Origin: Candidatus Velthaea sp.
GTDB taxonomy: Bacteria; Vulcanimicrobiota; Vulcanimicrobiia; Vulcanimicrobiales; Vulcanimicrobiaceae
Assembly (NCBI GenBank): GCA_050012475.1
Contig: JBEKHC010000011.1
Coordinates: 1-64,000 of the forward strand
Length of the DNA: 64,000 bases
Reading direction: 5' to 3'
The notes under the pieces are model-generated. The model was given only the letters and a program-made list of their open reading frames with translations. It searched no databases and was not told where the DNA came from. Below, one piece after another: positions 46,332 to 54,602 of the stretch (position 1 is its first letter; each line of letters starts with the position of its first letter). A program made the translations under genes and the position numbers.

Positions 46332-47321
46332 TTACATCTTGTAGGAGTGCAAACCGCTGATGAAAATGTTGACGCCCAGGTAGCAGAAAACGATCGAGAT
46401 GAAGCCGATGACGCTCACCCACGCGGTGCGCGTTCCGCGCCAAGAACTGCGCGTGTGCAAGTGCATGTACGCCGCGTAAATGATCCACGAGGTGAGGGCG
46501 GCAGTCTCTTTGGGATCCCACTGCCAGTACGCGCCCCAGGCTTCTTTGGCCCACCATGCGCCGGTGATGATGCCGACTGTCAGCAGCGGCAGGCCGACCG
46601 CGACGATGCGATAGGTGAGAATATCGAGCTTCCCCAACGACGGCAAACCGGCGAGCCACAGCCCCCAGAAGTCGCCGCGTTCCGCGGCCGCGTCGATGTG
46701 CGGCGTGTCGCTCTTGATCGGCCCGACCGCTGACCGCGGAGCAGCATAGGCCGTCGAGAGCGTGACGCCGACGTTGCCGCCGGCTCCTGCCGCCGTAGCG
46801 CGCACCGCGGTCGTGCCGCCGAGCCGGTTCTCGAAACTCGCCTTGAGCAAATACACCAGCGAGACGACGAAAGCCACCATGAACGACGCGTACGCCGCGA
46901 TGACCAGCGGGACGTGAACCTTGATCCAATACGATTGCAGCGCCGGAACGGCCGGCATATAGCCTTCATTCCACGTCGTCGCATAGCCCAAGGTGATCGC
47001 GGCGATGCCCAGCACGCCGAAGCCGATGAACCACAGGTCGTAACGGAAAGCGAAGATCATGAAGATCAGCACCCCGAAAGCGCTGAAGAGCGACAGCGAG
47101 CCGTACAGATTGGTGAGCGGCCAAACGCCGGTCATATTCCAGCGCGCGCCGAGTTCGGCAAACTGCGCGATGCATCCGATTGCCGCGAGCGGAATGCCGA
47201 TCTGCTTGAGCAGTTTCGAGCGCGACAAGAAATAGCCGATCAACACCAGCGTCCCGGTGACGTACGCCGACAGTCCGGTCACGAGCAAGAGCTGATCGAG
47301 TGCCTGTTTGGATGGGTCCAT
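46332..47321 (-). CDS. ccsA: Cytochrome c biogenesis protein CcsA/ResC (system II)
   Basis: WGAYWQWDPKET WWD motif, LQSYWIKVHV, GLHSY. Confidence 0.95.
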   Translation of the reverse strand: MDPSKQALDQLLLVTGLSAYVTGTLVLIGYFLSRSKLLKQIGIPLAAIGCIAQFAELGARWNMTGVWPLTNLYGSLSLFSAFGVLIFMIFAFRYDLWFIGFGVLGIAAITLGYATTWNEGYMPAVPALQSYWIKVHVPLVIAAYASFMVAFVVSLVYLLKASFENRLGGTTAVRATAAGAGGNVGVTLSTAYAAPRSAVGPIKSDTPHIDAAAERGDFWGLWLAGLPSLGKLDILTYRIVAVGLPLLTVGIITGAWWAKEAWGAYWQWDPKETAALTSWIIYAAYMHLHTRSSWRGTRTAWVSVIGFISIVFCYLGVNIFISGLHSYKM

Positions 47322-47343
47322 GCGTTCGGATACTCCTTGGCTT

Positions 47344-47515
47344 CCGGCCTTCCGGCCGGTCCGCGATCGTCGATCGATTCGGTTGGTCGAACCCGGGCGT
47401 CAGGCCGGGTTGCGATCTTCGATTGAGTCGACTTCGTTGAATGCGGGGCGGTCGGCCTTCGGCCGAGGTCGCGATCTTTGCTTGGTTCGATTCACCCGCG
47501 GCGAATCCGGGGTGA
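47344..47515 (-). other. Intergenic array of four GC hairpins, three preceded by GATCGC
   Basis: Hairpins at 47492-47515, 47452-47466, 47390-47411, 47344-47359. Confidence 0.55.
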
Positions 47516-47528
47516 GAAAAGTCGGTGC

Positions 47529-48944
47529 CTACGCCGTTCCGAACGCGGGAGACGCCGTGCGCGTCCCGCGCGGACCGTCTTCGGAGCGTTTGAGCGCTTC
47601 GACCAGATCGGCGAAGTGCTCTTCGTAAATCGTATAGCCCTTGACCGTCGTGGCGGCGATACCGACGTTCCAGTTGTGGTCCGCGCCGCTGATCTGGACG
47701 TAGAGGCGGGCCGGGAGAAAATAGAACGAGATGCACAGGCCCGCCAGCAGCACGAACGCTCCGACACCCACGAGGGGGATGCCCGGATCGTAGCGGTACT
47801 GGAAGCCGGAATAGAGCGTGTAGCGGTTAGCCGCCAAACGGTAGCCGCCGCCGAGATCGATGCTGCCGCCCAGCGGGATGAGCGCCCGGCCCACGGCGCG
47901 GTCGCCGTCGAAAGCCGCGATGACGACCGCCGGATCGTTCGGCCGCGGATCCGCGGCGGGTTGGCCGGTGCGCCGATCGACGGTGCCGATGAACTGCGCG
48001 TATTGGATCGCGCGGCTCGACGTGCCGATCGGGAACGCCTCGCCTTCCTTGAGCGGCGCCCGCGGCGAGGTCGCCACCAGCCGGCCGTTTTCGGTCAGCG
48101 TGAAATCGATCGCGTAGCCGTACGACGCTTGATAGTAATCGGTGCCGTCGATGTCCAGCGGGTGGTTGACGCGCAAAACCGCTTGGTGCGGCACGCCGTC
48201 GCGGCCCTTGTAGACGACGTCGGACACGTAGTCGATCGGCTGAAAGACCGTCCCGCTCTTGGTCTGCACCGGATCGATCCGGTAGCCGAATTTTTGCAGC
48301 GTGATCTGGGCTTTGGTTTCAGGGATCGTGATCGACTGCCCGGAGATCACCGCGGTGGTGCCGCTGAAGCCCTTGGCCCAGTAGATCGACGTCCCGGCCG
48401 CGATGATGACGAACCCGGTGTGCGCGACGAGCACGCCGCGGCGCGCCCAGTTGTGCTTGTCGGCGAAGGTCCATTCGCTGCCGCCGATCTCGCGGCTGCG
48501 CACTTGCCAACCGCGCCCGCTGAAGAACGCCGCGACCCGGCTGCGCACGGCTTCTTCCTCGCCGCGAACGGCAACCGAGGCGTTCAGCGGGATTTTATCG
48601 ATCTTGACCGCGCGCAGCGGCGGCAGCCGAGCCGGAATCACGCGCCTGAACGTGCAGACGCCGAGCGAAACCAGAATGAGCCCGATGATCCCGACGTACG
48701 CCGCCGAGTGGTAAATGTTGTCGAGATCGAGCCGCAGCACCAGCCGGGCCAGCGGCGGCGCGTAGTTTTGCCAGTAGAAGCTGGGGTCTTTGCCTTGATC
48801 GACGATCACCCCGATGACCGTGAGCACGCCCCACACGGCGAACAGCGAAACGGCGAACAGCACGTTGGCGAACAGCGTGATGAATTCGTCGTAGGCTTCG
48901 GCGAAGGGATTGCTCCGGACGCCGGGAGTCGTGGCTGCCATCAA
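47529..48944 (-). CDS. resB: Cytochrome c biogenesis protein ResB/CcsB (system II)
   Basis: NIYHS, LGVCT, AHTG, VNHPL, YQASYG, YDPG. Confidence 0.92.
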   Translation of the reverse strand: MMAATTPGVRSNPFAEAYDEFITLFANVLFAVSLFAVWGVLTVIGVIVDQGKDPSFYWQNYAPPLARLVLRLDLDNIYHSAAYVGIIGLILVSLGVCTFRRVIPARLPPLRAVKIDKIPLNASVAVRGEEEAVRSRVAAFFSGRGWQVRSREIGGSEWTFADKHNWARRGVLVAHTGFVIIAAGTSIYWAKGFSGTTAVISGQSITIPETKAQITLQKFGYRIDPVQTKSGTVFQPIDYVSDVVYKGRDGVPHQAVLRVNHPLDIDGTDYYQASYGYAIDFTLTENGRLVATSPRAPLKEGEAFPIGTSSRAIQYAQFIGTVDRRTGQPAADPRPNDPAVVIAAFDGDRAVGRALIPLGGSIDLGGGYRLAANRYTLYSGFQYRYDPGIPLVGVGAFVLLAGLCISFYFLPARLYVQISGADHNWNVGIAATTVKGYTIYEEHFADLVEALKRSEDGPRGTRTASPAFGTA

Positions 48945-48954
48945 CTGCTCAAAA

Positions 48955-49743
48955 TTACGCGAATGCGGCTTCGCGCTTCCATGACTTCTCGAGCAGGACG
49001 ATCACCCAAATCGAGATTTCATAGAGCACGTACATCGGCGCAGCGATCAGGAGCATCGTCGTGGGCGAGGCGTCCGGCGCGAGGATGCCGCCGGCGCAGA
49101 GGATCCCAAACGCGGCGTAGCGCCGGTACTTGCGCAGCATCCCCACGTTGATGAGGCCGATGCGGGCCAGCAGCACCATGACGACCGGGGTCTGAAAAAC
49201 GAGCGCGAAGGCGAGCAGCAGGATCAAGATCAAATTCATCGTCGATTCGATGCCGAACGTCTGCTCGGCAACTTGATTGGTGATCATCAGCAGCGCCGCG
49301 GTCACTTTCGGAATGACGAGGTAGTGCGCGAAGGCGATCCCGGCCAAGCCCAACACCAGCGACGGCGTCACGTACGCGTACACCATGCGCCGCGTTCGAG
49401 GGTGAAACGCCGGCACGATGAACATCCAGATTTGATAGAGGATGACGGGTAAGCCCAGTACGATCGCGGCGTAGATCGAAAACTTGAACTCGACGATGAT
49501 GACTTCCGCCGGCCCGAACGCGTGCAGGCGGATATTCGGAAAATACAGGTGCGTCATCCACGGGATGATGTACTGCGAGGGCCAGAACAGCACGGCGGCC
49601 AGGACGCCCACGGTCGCCAGCGAGACGACCATCCGGTTCCGGAGTTCACGGAGATGCTCCGTGAACGGCATCTCTTTTTGGTCCCACTCGGGCACGCTAA
49701 CGGACTGCGTTTCGCCGTCGCTCGAGCGCCCCTCGGCGGCCAT
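48955..49743 (-). CDS. tatC: Twin-arginine translocase TatC
   Basis: MPFTEHLRELR, YQIWMFIVP, FQTP, RRYA, LYEISI. Confidence 0.96.
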   Translation of the reverse strand: MAAEGRSSDGETQSVSVPEWDQKEMPFTEHLRELRNRMVVSLATVGVLAAVLFWPSQYIIPWMTHLYFPNIRLHAFGPAEVIIVEFKFSIYAAIVLGLPVILYQIWMFIVPAFHPRTRRMVYAYVTPSLVLGLAGIAFAHYLVIPKVTAALLMITNQVAEQTFGIESTMNLILILLLAFALVFQTPVVMVLLARIGLINVGMLRKYRRYAAFGILCAGGILAPDASPTTMLLIAAPMYVLYEISIWVIVLLEKSWKREAAFA

Positions 49744-49752
49744 GCTCGGACG

Positions 49753-50043
49753 TCAGAGCGGATGCGCCGATGTGGTACCGGTCGTGCCGGGCCCCGCCTC
49801 GGGAGCGCTGGCGGCTGCCGCAGCGTTGGCTTCGGCGCGCTTGCGCGCGTCGGCCCGGGCATTTTCGGCCGCGATATCGGCTTCCGCCTGGCCGACGAGG
49901 AATTCTTTCTTCGCTTGACCGGCGCTGCGGGCAAGTTTCGGCAGTTTGTCGGCGCCGAAGATCAGAACGCCGCCGGCCACGACGAGGATGATCCAGGTCT
50001 CGGGACCCAGGAAGGCGAGGACGGGGACGAGCGATTGTACCAT
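49753..50043 (-). CDS. tatA: Twin-arginine translocase TatA/E
   Basis: LIFGADKLPKLARSAGQAKKEF. Confidence 0.94.
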   Translation of the reverse strand: MVQSLVPVLAFLGPETWIILVVAGGVLIFGADKLPKLARSAGQAKKEFLVGQAEADIAAENARADARKRAEANAAAAASAPEAGPGTTGTTSAHPL

Positions 50044-50072
50044 GTGGTGCGAGGCCTCCGAGTGGCGAGCCG

Positions 50073-51038
50073 CTAGCTTTTGAGCAGGGCGTCCGCGATG
50101 GCAACGAATTCTGCGCGGGCTGGGACGTTCCCGAGAGGGGCCAGCGACATCTTCGCTCGCTCCAAGTATTCAGCGATGGCGAGCTTCGTCTTCACGAACC
50201 CGCCGTGAGCCCCGATCCCCCGAACGATACCCGAAATCCGTTCCAGCGTTTCGTCGTCTTCGGCATAGAAGCGTTCCACGTCTGCGCGAAACTCGCGATT
50301 GGCCCCGTCGAGCGCCAAGATGACGGGGATCGTCATCTTTTTTTCCCGCAGATCGTTGCCGACCGGTTTGCCCAGCGCCGACTCTTGACCGGTCATGTCG
50401 AGCAGATCGTCCTGCATCTGGAACGCGATGCCGTAGTAGAGGCCAAAATCGTGGACCGCACTCACCGCGATCGCGGCGCCGCCGCCCATGATCCCGCCGC
50501 ACTCGCAGGAGGCGGCGAAGAGCCGAGCCGTTTTCTTGGTCGCGACCTCGACGTACGCCGAGAGGCGAAGATTGAGATCGCCCAGCGCCCGCAGCTGGAG
50601 CACCTCGCCATCGGTGATGTCGGCGAGCGTCGAACTGAGAATATGCGGCACCGGGTGCGGATAGCCCGCGGTGACATTCTTGAAGATCCAGGCGAAGAGG
50701 TAATCGCCCGCCAGGACGCTGATGCGGTTGCCGAAATCGACCGCAGTCGCATTGACCCCGCGACGCGTGTCCGCTTGGTCGACCACATCGTCGTGGATCA
50801 AGGTGGCGACGTGGATGAGCTCCATGTACGCAGCGAGCGGAAGGTGATCGGCGGCGCGCGCCCCCATCGCCTCGGCGGCGAGCAGCGTGAACCGCGGTCG
50901 AAGCCGTTTTCCCCCGGCCGCGAGCATGCGGCGCACCGCTTCGGTGATGAGTTCGTTGCCGGTCGAGAACGAGTTGCGGAAGAAATCCTCGACCAGGCTG
51001 TACAAGTCGCGATCGCCGGCCGGCCGCTTTTGGAGCAT
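50073..51038 (-). CDS. Long-chain polyprenyl diphosphate synthase (HepT/IspB-like)
   Basis: GGKRLRP, HDDVVD..RRG, KKTA, FQMQDDLLD. Confidence 0.93.
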   Translation of the reverse strand: MLQKRPAGDRDLYSLVEDFFRNSFSTGNELITEAVRRMLAAGGKRLRPRFTLLAAEAMGARAADHLPLAAYMELIHVATLIHDDVVDQADTRRGVNATAVDFGNRISVLAGDYLFAWIFKNVTAGYPHPVPHILSSTLADITDGEVLQLRALGDLNLRLSAYVEVATKKTARLFAASCECGGIMGGGAAIAVSAVHDFGLYYGIAFQMQDDLLDMTGQESALGKPVGNDLREKKMTIPVILALDGANREFRADVERFYAEDDETLERISGIVRGIGAHGGFVKTKLAIAEYLERAKMSLAPLGNVPARAEFVAIADALLKS

Positions 51039-51733
51039 CAGGCGACCCCGAGATGGATCGCGACGGCCCCGCCGGCGAGCCGGATGTAGCGGACGCCGGT
51101 AAAGCCCGCGGTGCGGAACCGGTCGGCGAGCCCGTCCGCGTCGGGGTAGTTGGTGAGCGAGTTGGGCAGGTAGCGATAGGCCGACTTGGAGCCGCCGAAA
51201 AGTCCGCCGATGACCGGAACCAGCCCGTAGAAGTACAGGTTGAAAAGCCGGCGGAACAGCGGGTTGGGCGCCTTGGAGACGTCGAGGTTCACGAACCGGG
51301 CGCCCGGTTTGAGCACCCGGCGGGCCTCGCGCAGCGTGGCGACGATGTCGACGACGTTGCGCATCGAGAAGCCCATCGTGGCGCCGTCGAACGAGTCGCT
51401 GGGATAGGGCAGCGCCATGACGTCGGCTTCGACGAACGCGGCCCGGGCGCGAGCATCCTCGCGCTTCGCCCGCACGCGCGCGCCGGCCAGCATGGGCGCG
51501 CAGAAGTCGGCGCCGACCACGGTAGCGCGCGGTGCGCTGCGCAAAAGATGGAAGACCAAATCACCGGTGCCGCAGCACAGGTCAAGCAAACGGGCTTCGT
51601 CCGGAGCGTGTAGCTCCGCGATCGCCCGCTTGCGCCAAGCCTCGTCGACGCCCGCGGTAAGTAGTCGATTCGTCGCGTCGTAACGCGGCGCGATTGCCGC
51701 GAACATTTCGCGAACATATAAAGCTTTGTCCAT
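51038..51733 (-). CDS. menG: Demethylmenaquinone methyltransferase (UbiE/MenG)
   Basis: MFAAIAPRYD, LDLCCGTGD, MRNV, RVLKPG, AYRYLP. Confidence 0.92.
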   Translation of the reverse strand: MDKALYVREMFAAIAPRYDATNRLLTAGVDEAWRKRAIAELHAPDEARLLDLCCGTGDLVFHLLRSAPRATVVGADFCAPMLAGARVRAKREDARARAAFVEADVMALPYPSDSFDGATMGFSMRNVVDIVATLREARRVLKPGARFVNLDVSKAPNPLFRRLFNLYFYGLVPVIGGLFGGSKSAYRYLPNSLTNYPDADGLADRFRTAGFTGVRYIRLAGGAVAIHLGVA

Positions 51734-51801
51734 CTTTGGCTGCGACCGGGTGGCTTCGCCGTCGCCCGTCCTCTTTCTTTGACCCGTCGAGTGAGTGATG
51801 G

Positions 51802-52707
51802 GTGCCCGTGACCATCGCGATCTCGTCCGTCGCCGCCTTCGCCGAGGGTGTCGCGGCTGCCCGGAGCGTCGATTTCGCCGCGTACACGCTCCATGCCGGG
51901 CGGGTGCGCGACGCGCTCGTCACCGCTGCGCGGGCCGGCGCGCAAGTTCGGGTGCGGCTCGAGCGGGCGCCGCTCGACGATGCCGACGGGACGCTGGCGG
52001 CCGAAAACGGCGCCGCGGTCGGCCTGCTGAGGCAAGCCGGCGCCGACGCCGCGCTGACCGCGCCCGGCGCACCGTTGGCGCATCTGAAGGCTGCGCTCGT
52101 CGACGGCGTCGGCTGGCTCGACGACCGGAACTGGAGCGCGGACGCGAGCGAAACGGTCGTGCGCGACTCCGATGCCGCCGACGTGGCGGCGCTGCGGGAG
52201 GCGCTAGACGGTCGGGGTTCGAGCGCCGGCGGTGCACTGCAGACGACCAAGGGCCAAGCCGCGGCGGCGGAAGCTGGGCTCGTTCGGGCAGCCGGCGCCG
52301 GGCCGCTGGCGGTCGAAACGGAGTCGTTTGGAACCGGTGCCGTCTACGCCGCGCTGCTTGCCCGCGGACGAGCCGGACTGCCGGTGCGGCTGCTCGTCGC
52401 CGGCCGCGAAGCCCGGCAGCCGGGAAGCGCCGGCGACCGCGAACGCCGCTGTCTGGCCCGCCTGGCCGGGCTGGGCGTTGAAATCCGGGTCGGGGCGGCT
52501 GCCGGAGCGGACGTCTCCGAGAAGCTGGCGGTCGCCCCGGACGCTGCCTGGATCGGATCCGCCAACGCGACCTATGCCGGCGGGCAGGCGGGGCGGCAAG
52601 CCGACTGGGGGCTGGCGACGCGCGACGGGGAGCTCGTCGACCGTCTGCGCGCGGCCTTCGAGGCCAATTGGCAGCGGTCCAGCACGGAAGGGCGATCCGC
52701 CGGCTAA
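51802..52707 (+). CDS. Phospholipase D superfamily protein, second HKD motif degenerate
   Basis: HLKAALVD; second motif SEKLAVAPD..GSAN; F..NW ending. Confidence 0.7.
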   Translation: MPVTIAISSVAAFAEGVAAARSVDFAAYTLHAGRVRDALVTAARAGAQVRVRLERAPLDDADGTLAAENGAAVGLLRQAGADAALTAPGAPLAHLKAALVDGVGWLDDRNWSADASETVVRDSDAADVAALREALDGRGSSAGGALQTTKGQAAAAEAGLVRAAGAGPLAVETESFGTGAVYAALLARGRAGLPVRLLVAGREARQPGSAGDRERRCLARLAGLGVEIRVGAAAGADVSEKLAVAPDAAWIGSANATYAGGQAGRQADWGLATRDGELVDRLRAAFEANWQRSSTEGRSAG

Positions 52708-52836
52708 GGGTCTTCGTCGAAGCGGAGCCGCCGGTATTGCAGGTGGGCGTTCAGAAGCGAACAGCCGGCGTGGTTGTTTCGCTGTGCGCAGCGGAGGTTC
52801 GCGCCTCGCAGCGGGAGCGTGCCGGGCTGCGTGCGG

Positions 52837-53613
52837 CTATCCCAGCGCAAAGAGCGCGCTTGCGTTGGCGCTCGTGACGGCATCCACCTCGTCGGGCTCG
52901 CGGCCCAGGATCGCGGCGACGCGGAGCAAGGTTTGGGTCATGAACGCGGGTTCGTTGCGCTTGCCGCGATGCGGGATCGGCGCGAGATAGGGACAGTCGG
53001 TCTCGAGCAGGAGCGAGTCGAGGCCGACGCTGCGAACCGCGTCGCGCAGCCCCTCGGCGGTCTTGAATGTCACCACGCCGCCGATGCCCAAGCGCAGGCC
53101 GAACTCGTCGATGAACGTATGCGCCTGGACGGCGTCGCCGCTGAAGCAGTGGATCACTCCGCGCATCCGGGCGGGGTCGAAATGTTCGCGCAGCACGGCG
53201 AGGAAATCGGCGAACGCGTCGCGCTGGTGAAAGACGACGGGCAAGCCGTGCGCGCGGGCGTAGTCGAGTTGAGCGATGAGGACACGGCGCTGATCGGCGG
53301 GTGGACTGTGCTCGTAATAGTAGTCCAAACCGGTTTCGCCGATCGCGACGACACGCTCGCCGCCTTGTGCTGCGCGCAGCGCGTCAAAGGCCGGTCCGAC
53401 TGCCGGCGGCGCGTCTTTCGCCTCGTGCGGGTGGATGCCGATCGAGGCCAACAAGTCGTATTTCCCGGCGGTTTCTAAGGCCCGTCGGCTATCCTCGAGG
53501 TCGGTTCCGATCGTGACGATCGTTGCGACCCCCGCCTCGCGAGCGCGTTCGAGCATCGCGGCGCGGTCGGGATCGTATCTTGCGTCGTGGATATGAGCGT
53601 GCGAATCGATCAT
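52837..53613 (-). CDS. tatD: TatD family hydrolase
   Basis: DSHAH, GIHPH, GETGLDY, HCFSG, ETDCPYLAP. Confidence 0.95.
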   Translation of the reverse strand: MIDSHAHIHDARYDPDRAAMLERAREAGVATIVTIGTDLEDSRRALETAGKYDLLASIGIHPHEAKDAPPAVGPAFDALRAAQGGERVVAIGETGLDYYYEHSPPADQRRVLIAQLDYARAHGLPVVFHQRDAFADFLAVLREHFDPARMRGVIHCFSGDAVQAHTFIDEFGLRLGIGGVVTFKTAEGLRDAVRSVGLDSLLLETDCPYLAPIPHRGKRNEPAFMTQTLLRVAAILGREPDEVDAVTSANASALFALG

Positions 53614-53678
53614 CGTTGCGCGAGGGTTCCGGAACGTGTCCGCGCTGCCCCGTCTGGTACCGCATGCTTGGGTAGGGA

Positions 53679-54596
53679 ATGAACCGGTTCGAGATGATCA
53701 CCACCCGCCGAGCGCCGCGGACGCAGCGATTGTTCGCCGCTGCGCTCGCGCTGTCGGTGCTCATCCACTTGTTCGGCGGCGCGCTTTGGGCACATACCAA
53801 TCGCTTCGTCGCGCAGATCATGCGGCGCTTGCCCGAACAACAACCGCGCGAGGAGGTTGCCACGTCCGACGTGGTCCGCCTCGAACGGCGTACGATTCCG
53901 CGGCCGGCGCAACTCAGCCGCTCCCGTCCCAATCCCCGTCCGCTGCGGCGGCAGCAGCCGCAGCCGTCGCGAATCGCCGCGCCGCCGCGTGCGGTCGCCG
54001 CCAAGCCCGCGCCGCGCATTCCTCGACCCGCGCCGTCGGCGGCGCCGGAACTCGCGCACCGCGCGCCGCATGCACCGCGCCGCCTCGCGCAGCACGATCG
54101 CACGAAGGTCGCGCTGGCCAAACCGCCGGCCGCGCACCCCGCGCCGCGCGCAGCGTCGCCGGAAGGGGCGCTATCGGCGGCCCAGCTGGCGCAGCTCAAC
54201 GCCCAATTCGCGCAAACGATCGCCGCATCGCACGTCGATTTAGCGACGATTCAAAAGCAGAGCGAAGAACAGCCGGTCGCGGTCAAGCACTACCCCATGC
54301 AGTTTACCGGATTGCAGGCCAGTCTGGAGCGCGGCGAGGGCTATATCGAGCCGACGACGATGGGCGAACGCATTGGCAACACCGTGTGGTATTACACGCA
54401 CTACACCTACATGTGGCCGGACGGACATCTCGAGGACGACGACATCCCGTGGCCGTTCCACTATCCCGTGCAGCGCGATTTGTTCGCGCTGCACGTGCAT
54501 CTCATACCGCTGCAGCCGCCGCCGGCGGGATTCCGGCTGACCCGTCCGCTCAAACCATTTCTGGCGCACTTCGTGCAAGCGGCGGGTCAAGGATAG
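53679..54596 (+). CDS. Hypothetical TonB/TolA-like protein with unrecognised C-terminal domain
   Basis: LSVLIHL S-x3-H TM, Pro/Arg/Ala-rich linker, aromatic-rich C-domain. Confidence 0.7.
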   Translation: MNRFEMITTRRAPRTQRLFAAALALSVLIHLFGGALWAHTNRFVAQIMRRLPEQQPREEVATSDVVRLERRTIPRPAQLSRSRPNPRPLRRQQPQPSRIAAPPRAVAAKPAPRIPRPAPSAAPELAHRAPHAPRRLAQHDRTKVALAKPPAAHPAPRAASPEGALSAAQLAQLNAQFAQTIAASHVDLATIQKQSEEQPVAVKHYPMQFTGLQASLERGEGYIEPTTMGERIGNTVWYYTHYTYMWPDGHLEDDDIPWPFHYPVQRDLFALHVHLIPLQPPPAGFRLTRPLKPFLAHFVQAAGQG

Positions 54597-54602
54597 CGGC
54601 CA

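Noticed and set aside
52708..52836. Possible ncRNA in the convergent PLD-tatD spacer
   Set aside because: Only one imperfect hairpin and weak resemblance to the REP-like tails; no recognisable RNA family features
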